Notes under the pieces: model-generated | Seen by the model: only the letters and a program-made list of their open reading frames with translations | What the model was told of the DNA's origin: nothing | Databases searched by the model: none | From: Dehalococcoidia bacterium | GTDB lineage: Bacteria > Chloroflexota > Dehalococcoidia > UBA2979 | Direction: 5' to 3' | NCBI GenBank assembly: GCA_020845735.1 | Contig: JADLFF010000058.1 | Coordinates: 40,368 to 104,367, forward strand | Length of the DNA: 64,000 bases | Translations under genes and position numbers: made by a program | Shown here: positions 56,030 through 64,000 of the stretch, one piece after another | How the letters are laid out: each line of letters starts with the position of its first letter | Numbering within the stretch: position 1 is the stretch's first letter

Positions 56030-57067
56030 TCAGTGGACCGCGGGGACGCGGACCATGTCCTTCTTGAACCGCTCGAGGGCGGACGTGTCGGCAGGGTCGA
56101 CACCGCTCATCGCGGCCAGCTCCCAGGACAGCCAGTCGCCGAGGACGGCTCCGCGCAGCATCACGTCCAGCGGGGTCACCCCGGGCACGAGCACCCGCTC
56201 GTAGGCGACGCCGTGCTCGCGGAGGAGTTGCTCGGTGAGATCGACGCGGCGGCGGGCGCGCTCGTTCGACAGCTCGGAGTCGAGGAGCATCGCGACGATC
56301 GCGTCGGCGTGCCGGTCGGTGAGTGCCAGCAGGAAGTTGTGGTTGATCTCCGGGATCTCTCCGAAGAACGCCACGCGCTTCGAGTTCTCGTTGATCTGGC
56401 TCGCCCAGCGGCGTGCGACCGGAACCAGGTGCTCCGCGCCCACGACGAAGGGAATCCGGTCGGCGAGGGGTGGAGCGAGGACCGTGGCGAAGGCGCGCAG
56501 GACCGGCGCCTGCTCCTCCAGCGCAGCGAGGGCCGCCTCCGCGTCCCCCTCGTACGCCGGAGTCAGCCCCATGCGCGTGAGCAGCGCGAGCACCGGCAGG
56601 AAGCCGAACTCCCAGGCCGTCCGCGGAGGGCCATCGCAGTGGTACTCGATCACGTCGGCGCCGAGGGAGACGGCCAGCTCGGTGATGGCACCACCCGTGC
56701 TCACGATGAGCTTGCGGGCGCTGCGCGCCTCGCGGGACTGGAGCGCGAAGAGCGTCTCCTCCGTGTTGCCGGAGAACGAGCTGGCGATAACGAGCGTGTC
56801 CTCGTCGCACGGTGGGAGGACGTAGTCGCGCACGACCTCGACGGGGAGCACGTGACGGAGGGCGGCGCGGAGGAAGTCGGCGCCGATGGCGGACCCACCC
56901 ATGCCGACGACGACGATTCGCCTCGGCAGGACCGAGGTGGGCGAGAGGGCACGGTCCCCGAGTGCCCAGGCATCGCGGGCCTCGGCGGGGAATCGCTGGA
57001 TGCGCGATTCCATGACCTCGATGCCGGCGCGCATGTCGATACCTGGACGCGGCTCGCTGATGACCAA
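56030..57067 (-). CDS. bifunctional phosphoglucose/phosphomannose isomerase (SIS domain)
   Basis: SIS motif VVVGMGGSAIGADF, a second SIS-like half, and the typical PGI/PMI length. Confidence 0.65.
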   Translation of the reverse strand: MVISEPRPGIDMRAGIEVMESRIQRFPAEARDAWALGDRALSPTSVLPRRIVVVGMGGSAIGADFLRAALRHVLPVEVVRDYVLPPCDEDTLVIASSFSGNTEETLFALQSREARSARKLIVSTGGAITELAVSLGADVIEYHCDGPPRTAWEFGFLPVLALLTRMGLTPAYEGDAEAALAALEEQAPVLRAFATVLAPPLADRIPFVVGAEHLVPVARRWASQINENSKRVAFFGEIPEINHNFLLALTDRHADAIVAMLLDSELSNERARRRVDLTEQLLREHGVAYERVLVPGVTPLDVMLRGAVLGDWLSWELAAMSGVDPADTSALERFKKDMVRVPAVH

Positions 57068-57264
57068 CGGGACCCCCCATCGCCGTTCGCATGTGCGATG
57101 CTAGGTGTTGTCCCCTGACGGGAGTGGAACACCCCGGCGCGGCGTCTCTCAGAGCCCTTTCAACAGCAGCCGGCAACATCGACGCGGCGTGACGGTGTTC
57201 GTCCGCGTGCGGAGCGGCTAGCATCTAGGCTTCCGCAGGATGCCTGAATCACCCAGGGAGCGGG

Positions 57265-57951
57265 ATGCCTCCTCGCCAGCTTCTTCCGATGGCCATCACG
57301 CTGTTCGCGATGGCGTGCGGACTCGGCGCCATCGAGGCAAGCCGGGTGGGTGATGCGCACCTCGCGCTGCGCCTGATCCTGCTGGCCGCGATTGCGGACG
57401 GCGTGGATGGGACCGTCGCGCGCCGCCTCGGTGTAGCGGGGGCATTCGGCGGCGAGCTGGACTCCCTGTCCGACATCATTGCGTTTGGCGTTGCGCCAGC
57501 GTTCCTCTTCTCGGGCGTGTATGGCGAGGTGTTCGCGCCGCTCCGGCTGATCCTCGTGATTGTGTTTGTGGGAGCGGGCGCGTTCCGCCTCGCGAGGTTC
57601 CACGTCCTGCCGAGCGGGCCGTACTTCGTCGGCCTGCCGATCCCGAGCGCCGGCATCCTGCTGGCGGCGAGCGTCGCGGGGCCGTTCACGCCGAATCCCG
57701 TCGTCGCGGGCGGCATCGCGGTCGCGCTCGCGGCGCTGATGGTCAGCAAGCACCCGTTCCCCACGTTCGCACAGTGGCGGAAGGCGCTCCTCGGGGCGCT
57801 GGTCGCCTCGGCGGCGCTGATTGCGATCTGGCCTTCGGGCGAGGCGCTGGCCATCGCCTCGCTGGCCGTGATCGCGAGCTACGTGCTGTGGGGCTTCGCG
57901 GTGGAGCTCATCGGCGGTGACGAGGCCTCGATGGGACGGACCCGCGCATGA
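57265..57951 (+). CDS. pssA: CDP-diacylglycerol--serine O-phosphatidyltransferase (CDP-alcohol phosphatidyltransferase family)
   Basis: DGVDGTVARRLGVAGAFGGELDSLSD matches D-G-x2-A-R-x8-G-x3-G-x3-D. Confidence 0.75.
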   Translation: MPPRQLLPMAITLFAMACGLGAIEASRVGDAHLALRLILLAAIADGVDGTVARRLGVAGAFGGELDSLSDIIAFGVAPAFLFSGVYGEVFAPLRLILVIVFVGAGAFRLARFHVLPSGPYFVGLPIPSAGILLAASVAGPFTPNPVVAGGIAVALAALMVSKHPFPTFAQWRKALLGALVASAALIAIWPSGEALAIASLAVIASYVLWGFAVELIGGDEASMGRTRA

Positions 57952-58544
57952 CCGGCCGGACCGAGACCGCACTCGCGCGCTGGGACTTCCTGAAGGCCTA
58001 CGTCAGGGACTGGCACACAGTCGGCGCCGTCGCCCCGACCAGCCGCGCGGTTGCGCGGAAGATGGCCACCCTCGGAGGGGTGCAGTACGCCCGGGCGATC
58101 GCCGAGTTCGGGCCGGGGACCGGCGCGATCACCGGGGAGCTCCTCGCGGCGCTGCCTGCCGACGGGCGCATGTGGGCGTTCGAGGTCTACGAGCCGTTCG
58201 TCGAGCACCTGCGGGAGCACGTGCACGACTCGCGGTTCACGCTGCTGCAGCGTTCCGCCGCCGACATCGGTGAGATTCGCCGCGCCGAGGTGCCGGGCGG
58301 CTTCGATGCCGTGATCTCCTCGATTCCGTTCAGCCTGATCGGCCCGGACGGGACGCGCGAGATCGTGCGCGCGGTCGCCGAGAACCTGCGGCCCGGGGGC
58401 ATGTTCGTCGCGCTGCAGTACCACCCGACGTTCCTGCGGCCCTACCTGCTGGAGGAGTTCGAGCAGGTGCGCCGGAACCCGTACCCCTGGAACATCCCCC
58501 CCACCCTGCTGCTGACCGGGCGAGGCGTCCGACGGCGGACGTAG
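57948..58544 (+). CDS. class I SAM-dependent methyltransferase, phospholipid N-methyltransferase (PmtA)-like
   Basis: VAPTSRAVARKMA...EFGPGTGAITGEL motif I. ATGA-coupled to pssA and followed by psd. Confidence 0.5.
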   Translation: MTGRTETALARWDFLKAYVRDWHTVGAVAPTSRAVARKMATLGGVQYARAIAEFGPGTGAITGELLAALPADGRMWAFEVYEPFVEHLREHVHDSRFTLLQRSAADIGEIRRAEVPGGFDAVISSIPFSLIGPDGTREIVRAVAENLRPGGMFVALQYHPTFLRPYLLEEFEQVRRNPYPWNIPPTLLLTGRGVRRRT

Positions 58545-58588
58545 GCGACCCTCGGTGGCGGGCGTGGTCCGAGGGCGCGCCCCTGCTC

Positions 58589-59200
58589 ATGGGGTGCGCC
58601 GCGGCGTCGTTACTCGGCCTGCGCGTGGCGCGTCCCGCCGCACTCCTCGGGCTCGCCGCGTTCGCGGGTGTGGCGTTCGCCTTCCGCGACCCCGAGCGCG
58701 ACGTCGTGCATCAGCCGGACGTCGCCCTCGCACCCGGCGACGGGCGCGTCCTCCACGTGGCCACGGTGTACGACGAGTTCTGGGAGACCGAACTCCTCGA
58801 GGTGGGCATCTTCCTCGCGCTGTGGAACGTGCACGTGCAGCGAGCACCTCTCGATGGACGTGTCGTCGCGCAGCGTCGGAAGGCGGGCGGCTACCGGCCC
58901 GCGATGACGGCCGCCGCGACGCACGGGAACAACCAGCTCGCGACGTACCTCCGCACCCCTGCCGGGCCGTGCACCGTGACGCAGATCAGCGGCATCGCGG
59001 CGCGACGCATCGTGTCGTGGATCGGCGAGGGTGAGGAGCTCGCGCAGGGTGAGCGGATGGGCATGATCAAGTTCGGGTCGCAGGTCACGCTGCGCGTGCC
59101 CTCGAGCTCCCGCCTGCTCGTCGACGTAGGTGACCAGGTGCGCGCGGGGATCACGCCGCTGGCGCGCCTGCCCCGCCTCGACGGTACGGACGAGGCGTGA
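58589..59200 (+). CDS. psd: phosphatidylserine decarboxylase (short archaeal-type proenzyme)
   Basis: N-terminal TM anchor and an FGS self-cleavage motif (GMIKFGSQVTL). Confidence 0.7.
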   Translation: MGCAAASLLGLRVARPAALLGLAAFAGVAFAFRDPERDVVHQPDVALAPGDGRVLHVATVYDEFWETELLEVGIFLALWNVHVQRAPLDGRVVAQRRKAGGYRPAMTAAATHGNNQLATYLRTPAGPCTVTQISGIAARRIVSWIGEGEELAQGERMGMIKFGSQVTLRVPSSSRLLVDVGDQVRAGITPLARLPRLDGTDEA

Positions 59201-59239
59201 CCGGTCGCCCGAGGCGGACAGCCCGGTCATGCACGTCGG

Positions 59240-60529
59240 TCACTCGTTGCGGTCGAAGATGATGCGGTCCTGACACAGCTCCCGGATGTGGGACTCGTCG
59301 ACACCGAAGTCGCGCAGGACCTCGACCGAGTGCTCGCCGAGGGCGGGCGCTGATCGAGGGGTGGCGGTGGGTGTCTCGGACATCTTGAGGATCGGTCCGA
59401 CGACGCGTTGCGGCCCGGTCACGCTGTGCTCGAGGTGGGTGATCATCCCGTCCGCGAGCACCTGCGGGTCTTCGGCCAGCTCCTCGGGGACGCGCACCGC
59501 CGAGACGGGCACGCCCGCCTGGTCGAAGTCCGCGACCCACTCATCGGCGGTGCGGGTGAGGAATTTCGCGCGAATGATGCGCTTCCACTCGGCGGCTGCT
59601 GCTACCTGCTGCGGGTCCTGCGCGTTGTAGTTCGGGTCGGCGTCGTAGTTCTCGTCGATCGCGAGCACGCGGCGCATCGCATCGCGATTGGCGCGGGTCA
59701 GCGCGCCGAGGACCACCGCGCCACCCTTCGCGCGATAGGCGCCGTAGTAGAGGCGGAAGGCGGCGGCGAGCTGGGCGCCGGTCCGGCGTGCCTCGAGGAT
59801 CTCCTCCCACGTGCCGCCCTCGGAGCGGATGTGCTCGACGCGGCCCATCATCGGGTCGCGCAGGATCGAGTCGTGCACGGGCTCGCGCATCACCGTCGCG
59901 CCGAGGAGTGAGAGGGACGAGCGGAGCAGCGAGGTGGTGAGGAACTGGCCCTTGCCCGTCTGCGCGCGATGGAAGAGCGCCGCGCTGATCCCCATGGCCG
60001 CGGCGATCCCCGAGGCGATATCGGCGATGGGGGAGGCGATCAGGTTGGGGGCGCCGTCGTCGTCGACCTTCTCATCGAGGGCCATGAGGCCGGAGTAGGC
60101 CTGCGCGACGATGTCCGAGCCCGCACGGAACTTCTCGGGGCCCTCGTCACCGAAGCCCGTGTTCTGCCAGTACACGAGGTCGGGGCGAATGCCGCTGAGC
60201 GTCTGGTAGTCGATGCGCAGCCGCTCGGCGACGCCGAGGCGGTAGTTGATCGAGACCACATCGGTGCGTGGGGTGAGCTTCCAGATCAGCTCCTGGCCGC
60301 GCGGGTTGCTGAGGTCAACGACGAGGCTGCGCTTGCCTCGGTTGAGCGCCTGGAAGCCCTTGCTCTCGCCGGGCACCACCGAGCCGCTGCGGCGGGTCTG
60401 CTCGCCCTCGAGGGGTTCGATCTTGATGACGTCCGCGCCCATGTCGGCGAGGTGCATGCCGCAGACCGGCGCGGCCACGATCTGCGAGAACTCGAGGACA
60501 CGAATCCCGGCGAGTGGTCCGGTCGCCAC
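59240..60529 (-). CDS. CoA transferase family III (CaiB/BaiF/Frc-like)
   Basis: N-terminal LAGIRVLEFSQIVAAPVCGMHLADMGADVIKIEP and a central Asp-containing catalytic region. Confidence 0.8.
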   Translation of the reverse strand: MATGPLAGIRVLEFSQIVAAPVCGMHLADMGADVIKIEPLEGEQTRRSGSVVPGESKGFQALNRGKRSLVVDLSNPRGQELIWKLTPRTDVVSINYRLGVAERLRIDYQTLSGIRPDLVYWQNTGFGDEGPEKFRAGSDIVAQAYSGLMALDEKVDDDGAPNLIASPIADIASGIAAAMGISAALFHRAQTGKGQFLTTSLLRSSLSLLGATVMREPVHDSILRDPMMGRVEHIRSEGGTWEEILEARRTGAQLAAAFRLYYGAYRAKGGAVVLGALTRANRDAMRRVLAIDENYDADPNYNAQDPQQVAAAAEWKRIIRAKFLTRTADEWVADFDQAGVPVSAVRVPEELAEDPQVLADGMITHLEHSVTGPQRVVGPILKMSETPTATPRSAPALGEHSVEVLRDFGVDESHIRELCQDRIIFDRNE

Positions 60530-60622
60530 AGCTTGCCTCCTCCGACTGCATCCGTCATCACCTCGTACGTGGTGGGGATGGTAACGGCCGGGGGGCGTTC
60601 TGGCGCGGCGTCTCCTATCGCA

Positions 60623-62233
60623 CTATCGAGCGGCAGCGTCCTTGATGGACACCGCCTGTCCGTCGCGGACCTGGCCCTGGCCGACGACGACCACCTGCTC
60701 GCCGCGCGTGAGGCCCTCGACGATCTCGACGCTCTCGGCGGAGGTCAGACCGGGGGTGACCGGTCGCAGCGCCGCCTTGTTGTCCCGGATCACGAGGACG
60801 GCGGGCTTGCCCTCGTTGGTCGTCGTCATTGCCTGCGCCGGGACGAGCAGCGCACCGTCCTTCTGAGCGGTCACGATCGTCACGGCGGCGTACATGCCCG
60901 GCTTGAGCAGGCGCTCCGGGTCGTCGGCGCGGACCTTGATCTCGAAGGTGTGCGTGCGCGCATCGCCGGTTGGCGCCAGCGAGGCGACTCGAGCCTTGAA
61001 CGTCCTGCCCGGGTACGCACCGACCGTGAGCTCCGCGGGGATACCCGCCTTGATCTCGTTGAGGCGGGCCTCGTCGACGGTGAGCGCCACCTCGATGTCG
61101 TTGGCGACGAGCGAGACGACCGGCACGCCCGGGTTCACGAGCCCACCCACCTCGACGAGCACGGAGGCAACGACGCCGTCGAACGGCGCGCGGATCGTCG
61201 TGTCGTCGACGGCGATCCGCGCGAGCTCGGCAGCCGCGGACGCCTGCGAGATGCCCGCCTGCACACCGGCCATGTCGCCGTCCGAGTAGGGCTGGAGGGC
61301 CTTCTCGACGCCTGCGCGCGCCTGGTCCACACCCGAGCGCGCGGCGGCGAGGTCGGCGGTGGTGGGGTTCAGCAGCGTCTGCCGTCGGGTGCGGGCCACC
61401 TCGAGGGCGGCGCGAGCGCTCTCTTCGCCGGAGATCGCGTTGATCAGCGCGCCGTTCGCCTCGAGGATGCCGATGACGCGCTGTCCGAGCGGCCCCAGGG
61501 GGTCGGTGAACCGCGACGAGAGCGACTCCTCGAGGTCCTTGATCTGCGCCTGGTTCAGCGGCAATTCGTCGACCGAGCCGCAGTCGATGCCGAACTTGAG
61601 GTAGGCGTCGCAGTAGAGCCAGATCTGCGCGGTCAGTGCGGAGCGCGCGCGCTCCTGCGCGCCCTGTGCGCCCTCGACCTGGTTCTCCGCGGTGAGGACG
61701 GCCGTGTCCGCCTCGCGGCGCGCGGCGTCCGTGGGGAAGACCAGCTGGTTGTAGCGCTGCTCGGCAGCCGTGAGGCCGGAGCGCGCCGCCTCGATGTCGG
61801 TCGGCTTCACCGAGCCGGTCAGTGACAGGCCGCGTGCCTGTGCGGCCGCGACCGCCGCCTCGGCCTGCCGGAGCTGGGCGCGCTGCACGGCGGAGTCGAG
61901 CACGACGAGCGCATCGCCGGCCCGCACGACGCTGCCGACGTCCACCGGCCGCTGGAGGACCTGCCCGGACGTACGAGCGGCGATGCTCGCCTGGTGTGAC
62001 GCGTCCACGTTCCCCGAGTAGGTGAGCGTGGAGCGGATCGGGCCGGTCTGCGCCTCGGCGGCCTGCACGGGGACCGCGACCGCCTCCTGCGCGCCGACGG
62101 ACGTCGTGGGGCTGGCCCCACCGCCCCGCGAGAAGAGCGCCACGAGGGCGATCGCGAGGATGCCGAGGCCGGCGAGGAACAGCAACCCGCGCGTGCGCCC
62201 GGGACGAGCTCGGTTCAGGGTGGCGGCAGTCAT
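60623..62233 (-). CDS. efflux RND periplasmic adaptor (membrane fusion protein, HlyD family)
   Basis: N-terminal TM anchor, a very long coiled-coil hairpin, then beta-barrel and MP domains (IRAPFDGVVA...). Confidence 0.7.
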   Translation of the reverse strand: MTAATLNRARPGRTRGLLFLAGLGILAIALVALFSRGGGASPTTSVGAQEAVAVPVQAAEAQTGPIRSTLTYSGNVDASHQASIAARTSGQVLQRPVDVGSVVRAGDALVVLDSAVQRAQLRQAEAAVAAAQARGLSLTGSVKPTDIEAARSGLTAAEQRYNQLVFPTDAARREADTAVLTAENQVEGAQGAQERARSALTAQIWLYCDAYLKFGIDCGSVDELPLNQAQIKDLEESLSSRFTDPLGPLGQRVIGILEANGALINAISGEESARAALEVARTRRQTLLNPTTADLAAARSGVDQARAGVEKALQPYSDGDMAGVQAGISQASAAAELARIAVDDTTIRAPFDGVVASVLVEVGGLVNPGVPVVSLVANDIEVALTVDEARLNEIKAGIPAELTVGAYPGRTFKARVASLAPTGDARTHTFEIKVRADDPERLLKPGMYAAVTIVTAQKDGALLVPAQAMTTTNEGKPAVLVIRDNKAALRPVTPGLTSAESVEIVEGLTRGEQVVVVGQGQVRDGQAVSIKDAAAR

Positions 62234-62302
62234 CTGGTCTTTCCCCCGGTCATTGCGCGACGCGGTGATGGCGTCGGTGGATATCAGTCGAATCGTCGAA
62301 GG

Positions 62303-64000
62303 TCACGAACCGTCGCCTGCCGAGTCGCCCGCCTGCACGACCTGCCTCGGCGGCCGCTGCGGGAACAGGGCGAGGATGCCGGTGAACGACAGGATCCGGA
62401 CGACCAGGCCCGGCACCGAATCGAAGAGCGAGTAGACGACCGGGATGAGCAGCAGCGTCAGAGCCGTCGAGGAGATGACGCCGCCGAGGACCGTGGCCGC
62501 GAGTGGCGCTCGGATCTCGGTGCCCTCGCCGAGGCCGAGCGCCGTCGGGAAGAGCGCGAGCGCGATGGTGATGCTGGTCATGAGGATCGGGCGCAGACGG
62601 GCCGGGCCCGCCTCGATGAGCGCGTCGTGCGTGGTCATCCCGCGCTCGCGGTTGTGGTTCGCGCGGTCGACCAGCAGGATGCCGTTCTTGATCGCGAGGC
62701 CGACGAGCAGGATGAGGCCGATCATCGAGAACACGCTGAAGGTGTAGTCGAAGATCAGCAGACCGAACATCGCCCCCGCCACCGCCACCGGCAAGGAGAA
62801 CAGGATGACGAGAGGATGGGTGAACGAGTTGTAGAGCACGGCCATGAGGAGGTAGGCGAGGAGAATCGAGGCGCCGAGCGCCTTGAACAGGTCACCGAAC
62901 GCCTCGGCCTGGTCCTCACCGCCACCGGCCAGCTCGACCGTGTAGCCGGGAGGCGCGTCCTTGAGGATCGCCTCGATGGCCGCGTTGACCGCGGGGAGGA
63001 CCTGGCTGAGGACCGTGTCTCCCGAGAGGTCGGCGCCCACCGTGACGACGCGCTCACGGTCGAACCGACTGATCTGCGCGGGACCGGAGACCTCCGCGAT
63101 CGTCGCGACCTGGCGCAGCAGGACCGTCTGGCCGGTCGCCGTCTGCACGGGGAGCTCGCCCAGCCGTTGCACATCGACGCGCGCGTCCGACGCGAGTTGC
63201 AGCCGGACGTCCTGCAGCGTCCCGTCCTCTTTCTGGAACTTGGTCGCGACCACGCCGGCGAAGGCGCTGCGGACACTGAGGCCGAGCGACGCCGCGTTCA
63301 CCCCGAGGTCGGAGGCCCGCTGCGCGTCCACGCGAATCGATAGCTGGGGCTGGCCGGTGGGAGCCCCGTTGCTCACGTTGATCAGGCCCGGCACCTGCTC
63401 GAGGGCTGTCTGTGCCTCGTTCGCCAGCGAGGTCAGCGTGTCGAACTCGGGGCCGCTGATCCGGATGGCAGCGGGCTGCTGGTCGGCGCCGGGGCCGCCG
63501 CCCTGTACGCCCGCGGTGACCTTGGCCCCCGGGACGGACTTCAGGCGGGCACGCGCATCCTCGAGGATGTCGAAGACACTGCGGCGTCCGGTGTCCAGCG
63601 GCTCGAGCTCGACGACCGCGGTGCCGAAGCGGGACTGCCCGCCCCCGCCGCCGAGCAGGCTCACGCCCACCGAGGCGGTCACGCGCTCGACCTCGGGGAT
63701 GTCGAGCAGCGTCTGCTCGACGTTGCTCATGATGCGGTCATGGGCGTCGAGGGAGGTCCCCGGGGGGGCCTCGGTGCTGACGATGAAGAAGCCGTCATCG
63801 GAGGTCGGCACGAACTCGACGGCCACGAGCCCGGTCGCCACGAGGGCGACCCCGGCGATGAGCGAGACGAACGCGCCGATGCACACGACCAGGCGATGCC
63901 GGAGGGACCACACGAGCGTCGACCGGTAGGCCTGCTCGAGGCGTTCGAAGTGGTGGTCCCACCACCGTCCGAAGCGCTGGATCATCCCGTCGCCCGACTT
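62303..64000 (-). CDS. RND efflux permease (HAE1/AcrB family), C-terminal half; gene continues beyond the window end
   Basis: FGRWWDHHFERLEQAYRSTLVWSLRH corresponds to the AcrB region near residue 500. The frame stays open to position 64000, so the N-terminal ~500 aa lie outside the window. Confidence 0.8.
   Translation of the reverse strand, partial: KSGDGMIQRFGRWWDHHFERLEQAYRSTLVWSLRHRLVVCIGAFVSLIAGVALVATGLVAVEFVPTSDDGFFIVSTEAPPGTSLDAHDRIMSNVEQTLLDIPEVERVTASVGVSLLGGGGGQSRFGTAVVELEPLDTGRRSVFDILEDARARLKSVPGAKVTAGVQGGGPGADQQPAAIRISGPEFDTLTSLANEAQTALEQVPGLINVSNGAPTGQPQLSIRVDAQRASDLGVNAASLGLSVRSAFAGVVATKFQKEDGTLQDVRLQLASDARVDVQRLGELPVQTATGQTVLLRQVATIAEVSGPAQISRFDRERVVTVGADLSGDTVLSQVLPAVNAAIEAILKDAPPGYTVELAGGGEDQAEAFGDLFKALGASILLAYLLMAVLYNSFTHPLVILFSLPVAVAGAMFGLLIFDYTFSVFSMIGLILLVGLAIKNGILLVDRANHNRERGMTTHDALIEAGPARLRPILMTSITIALALFPTALGLGEGTEIRAPLAATVLGGVISSTALTLLLIPVVYSLFDSVPGLVVRILSFTGILALFPQRPPRQVVQAGDSAGDGS

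Overview
This is a 64 kb, roughly 70% GC chromosomal segment that is densely coding on both strands. It contains about 65 protein genes and one tRNA-Lys(UUU); no rRNA, CRISPR array, transposase or integrase was recognised. Gene content and codon usage look Actinobacteria-like (possibly Thermoleophilia or Rubrobacteria), but this taxonomic guess is low confidence.

Recognisable blocks, in order along the window:
- alanine dehydrogenase followed by an MFS transporter
- a minus-strand string of eight genes: a HadA/HadB-like hotdog dehydratase pair, an HxlR regulator, a GltD-like oxidoreductase, a hotdog thioesterase, and a ZnuABC-type metal ABC importer
- an ECF sigma/anti-sigma (RskA-like) pair preceded by a membrane protein
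- a bifunctional homocysteine S-methyltransferase/MTHFR-DinB-methyltransferase operon
- PspC, EVE and HesB/IscA genes
- a YCII-VOC-ECF sigma trio
- a SufR-like regulator plus a cysteine desulfurase
- an orphan NuoB-like protein next to an HDOD protein, NhaA, OsmC and a SulP permease
- an SOS-type mutagenesis cassette, imuB-(small ORF)-dnaE2
- a cluster of four two-component proteins including a degenerate histidine kinase
- a mannose glycoconjugate cluster: GH99-like, phosphoesterase, GT39, GDP-mannose pyrophosphorylase and PGI/PMI
- a pssA-pmtA-psd phospholipid operon
- a CoA transferase, then an RND efflux pair truncated at the 3' edge of the window

The features least explained by ordinary gene content are:
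- a roughly 600 bp hairpin-dense, tandemly duplicated repeat array sitting between imuB and dnaE2
- a translationally coupled small ORF embedded in the 3' end of imuB
- a single-pass membrane protein with an aromatic-rich cytoplasmic domain and a PKD/Ig-like ectodomain, next to an orphan NuoB
- a signalling cluster that contains a pseudo-histidine kinase
- several short palindromic or direct-repeat candidate operators in otherwise GC-rich intergenic DNA

All functional calls come from motif recognition in the supplied translations. No database search could be run.
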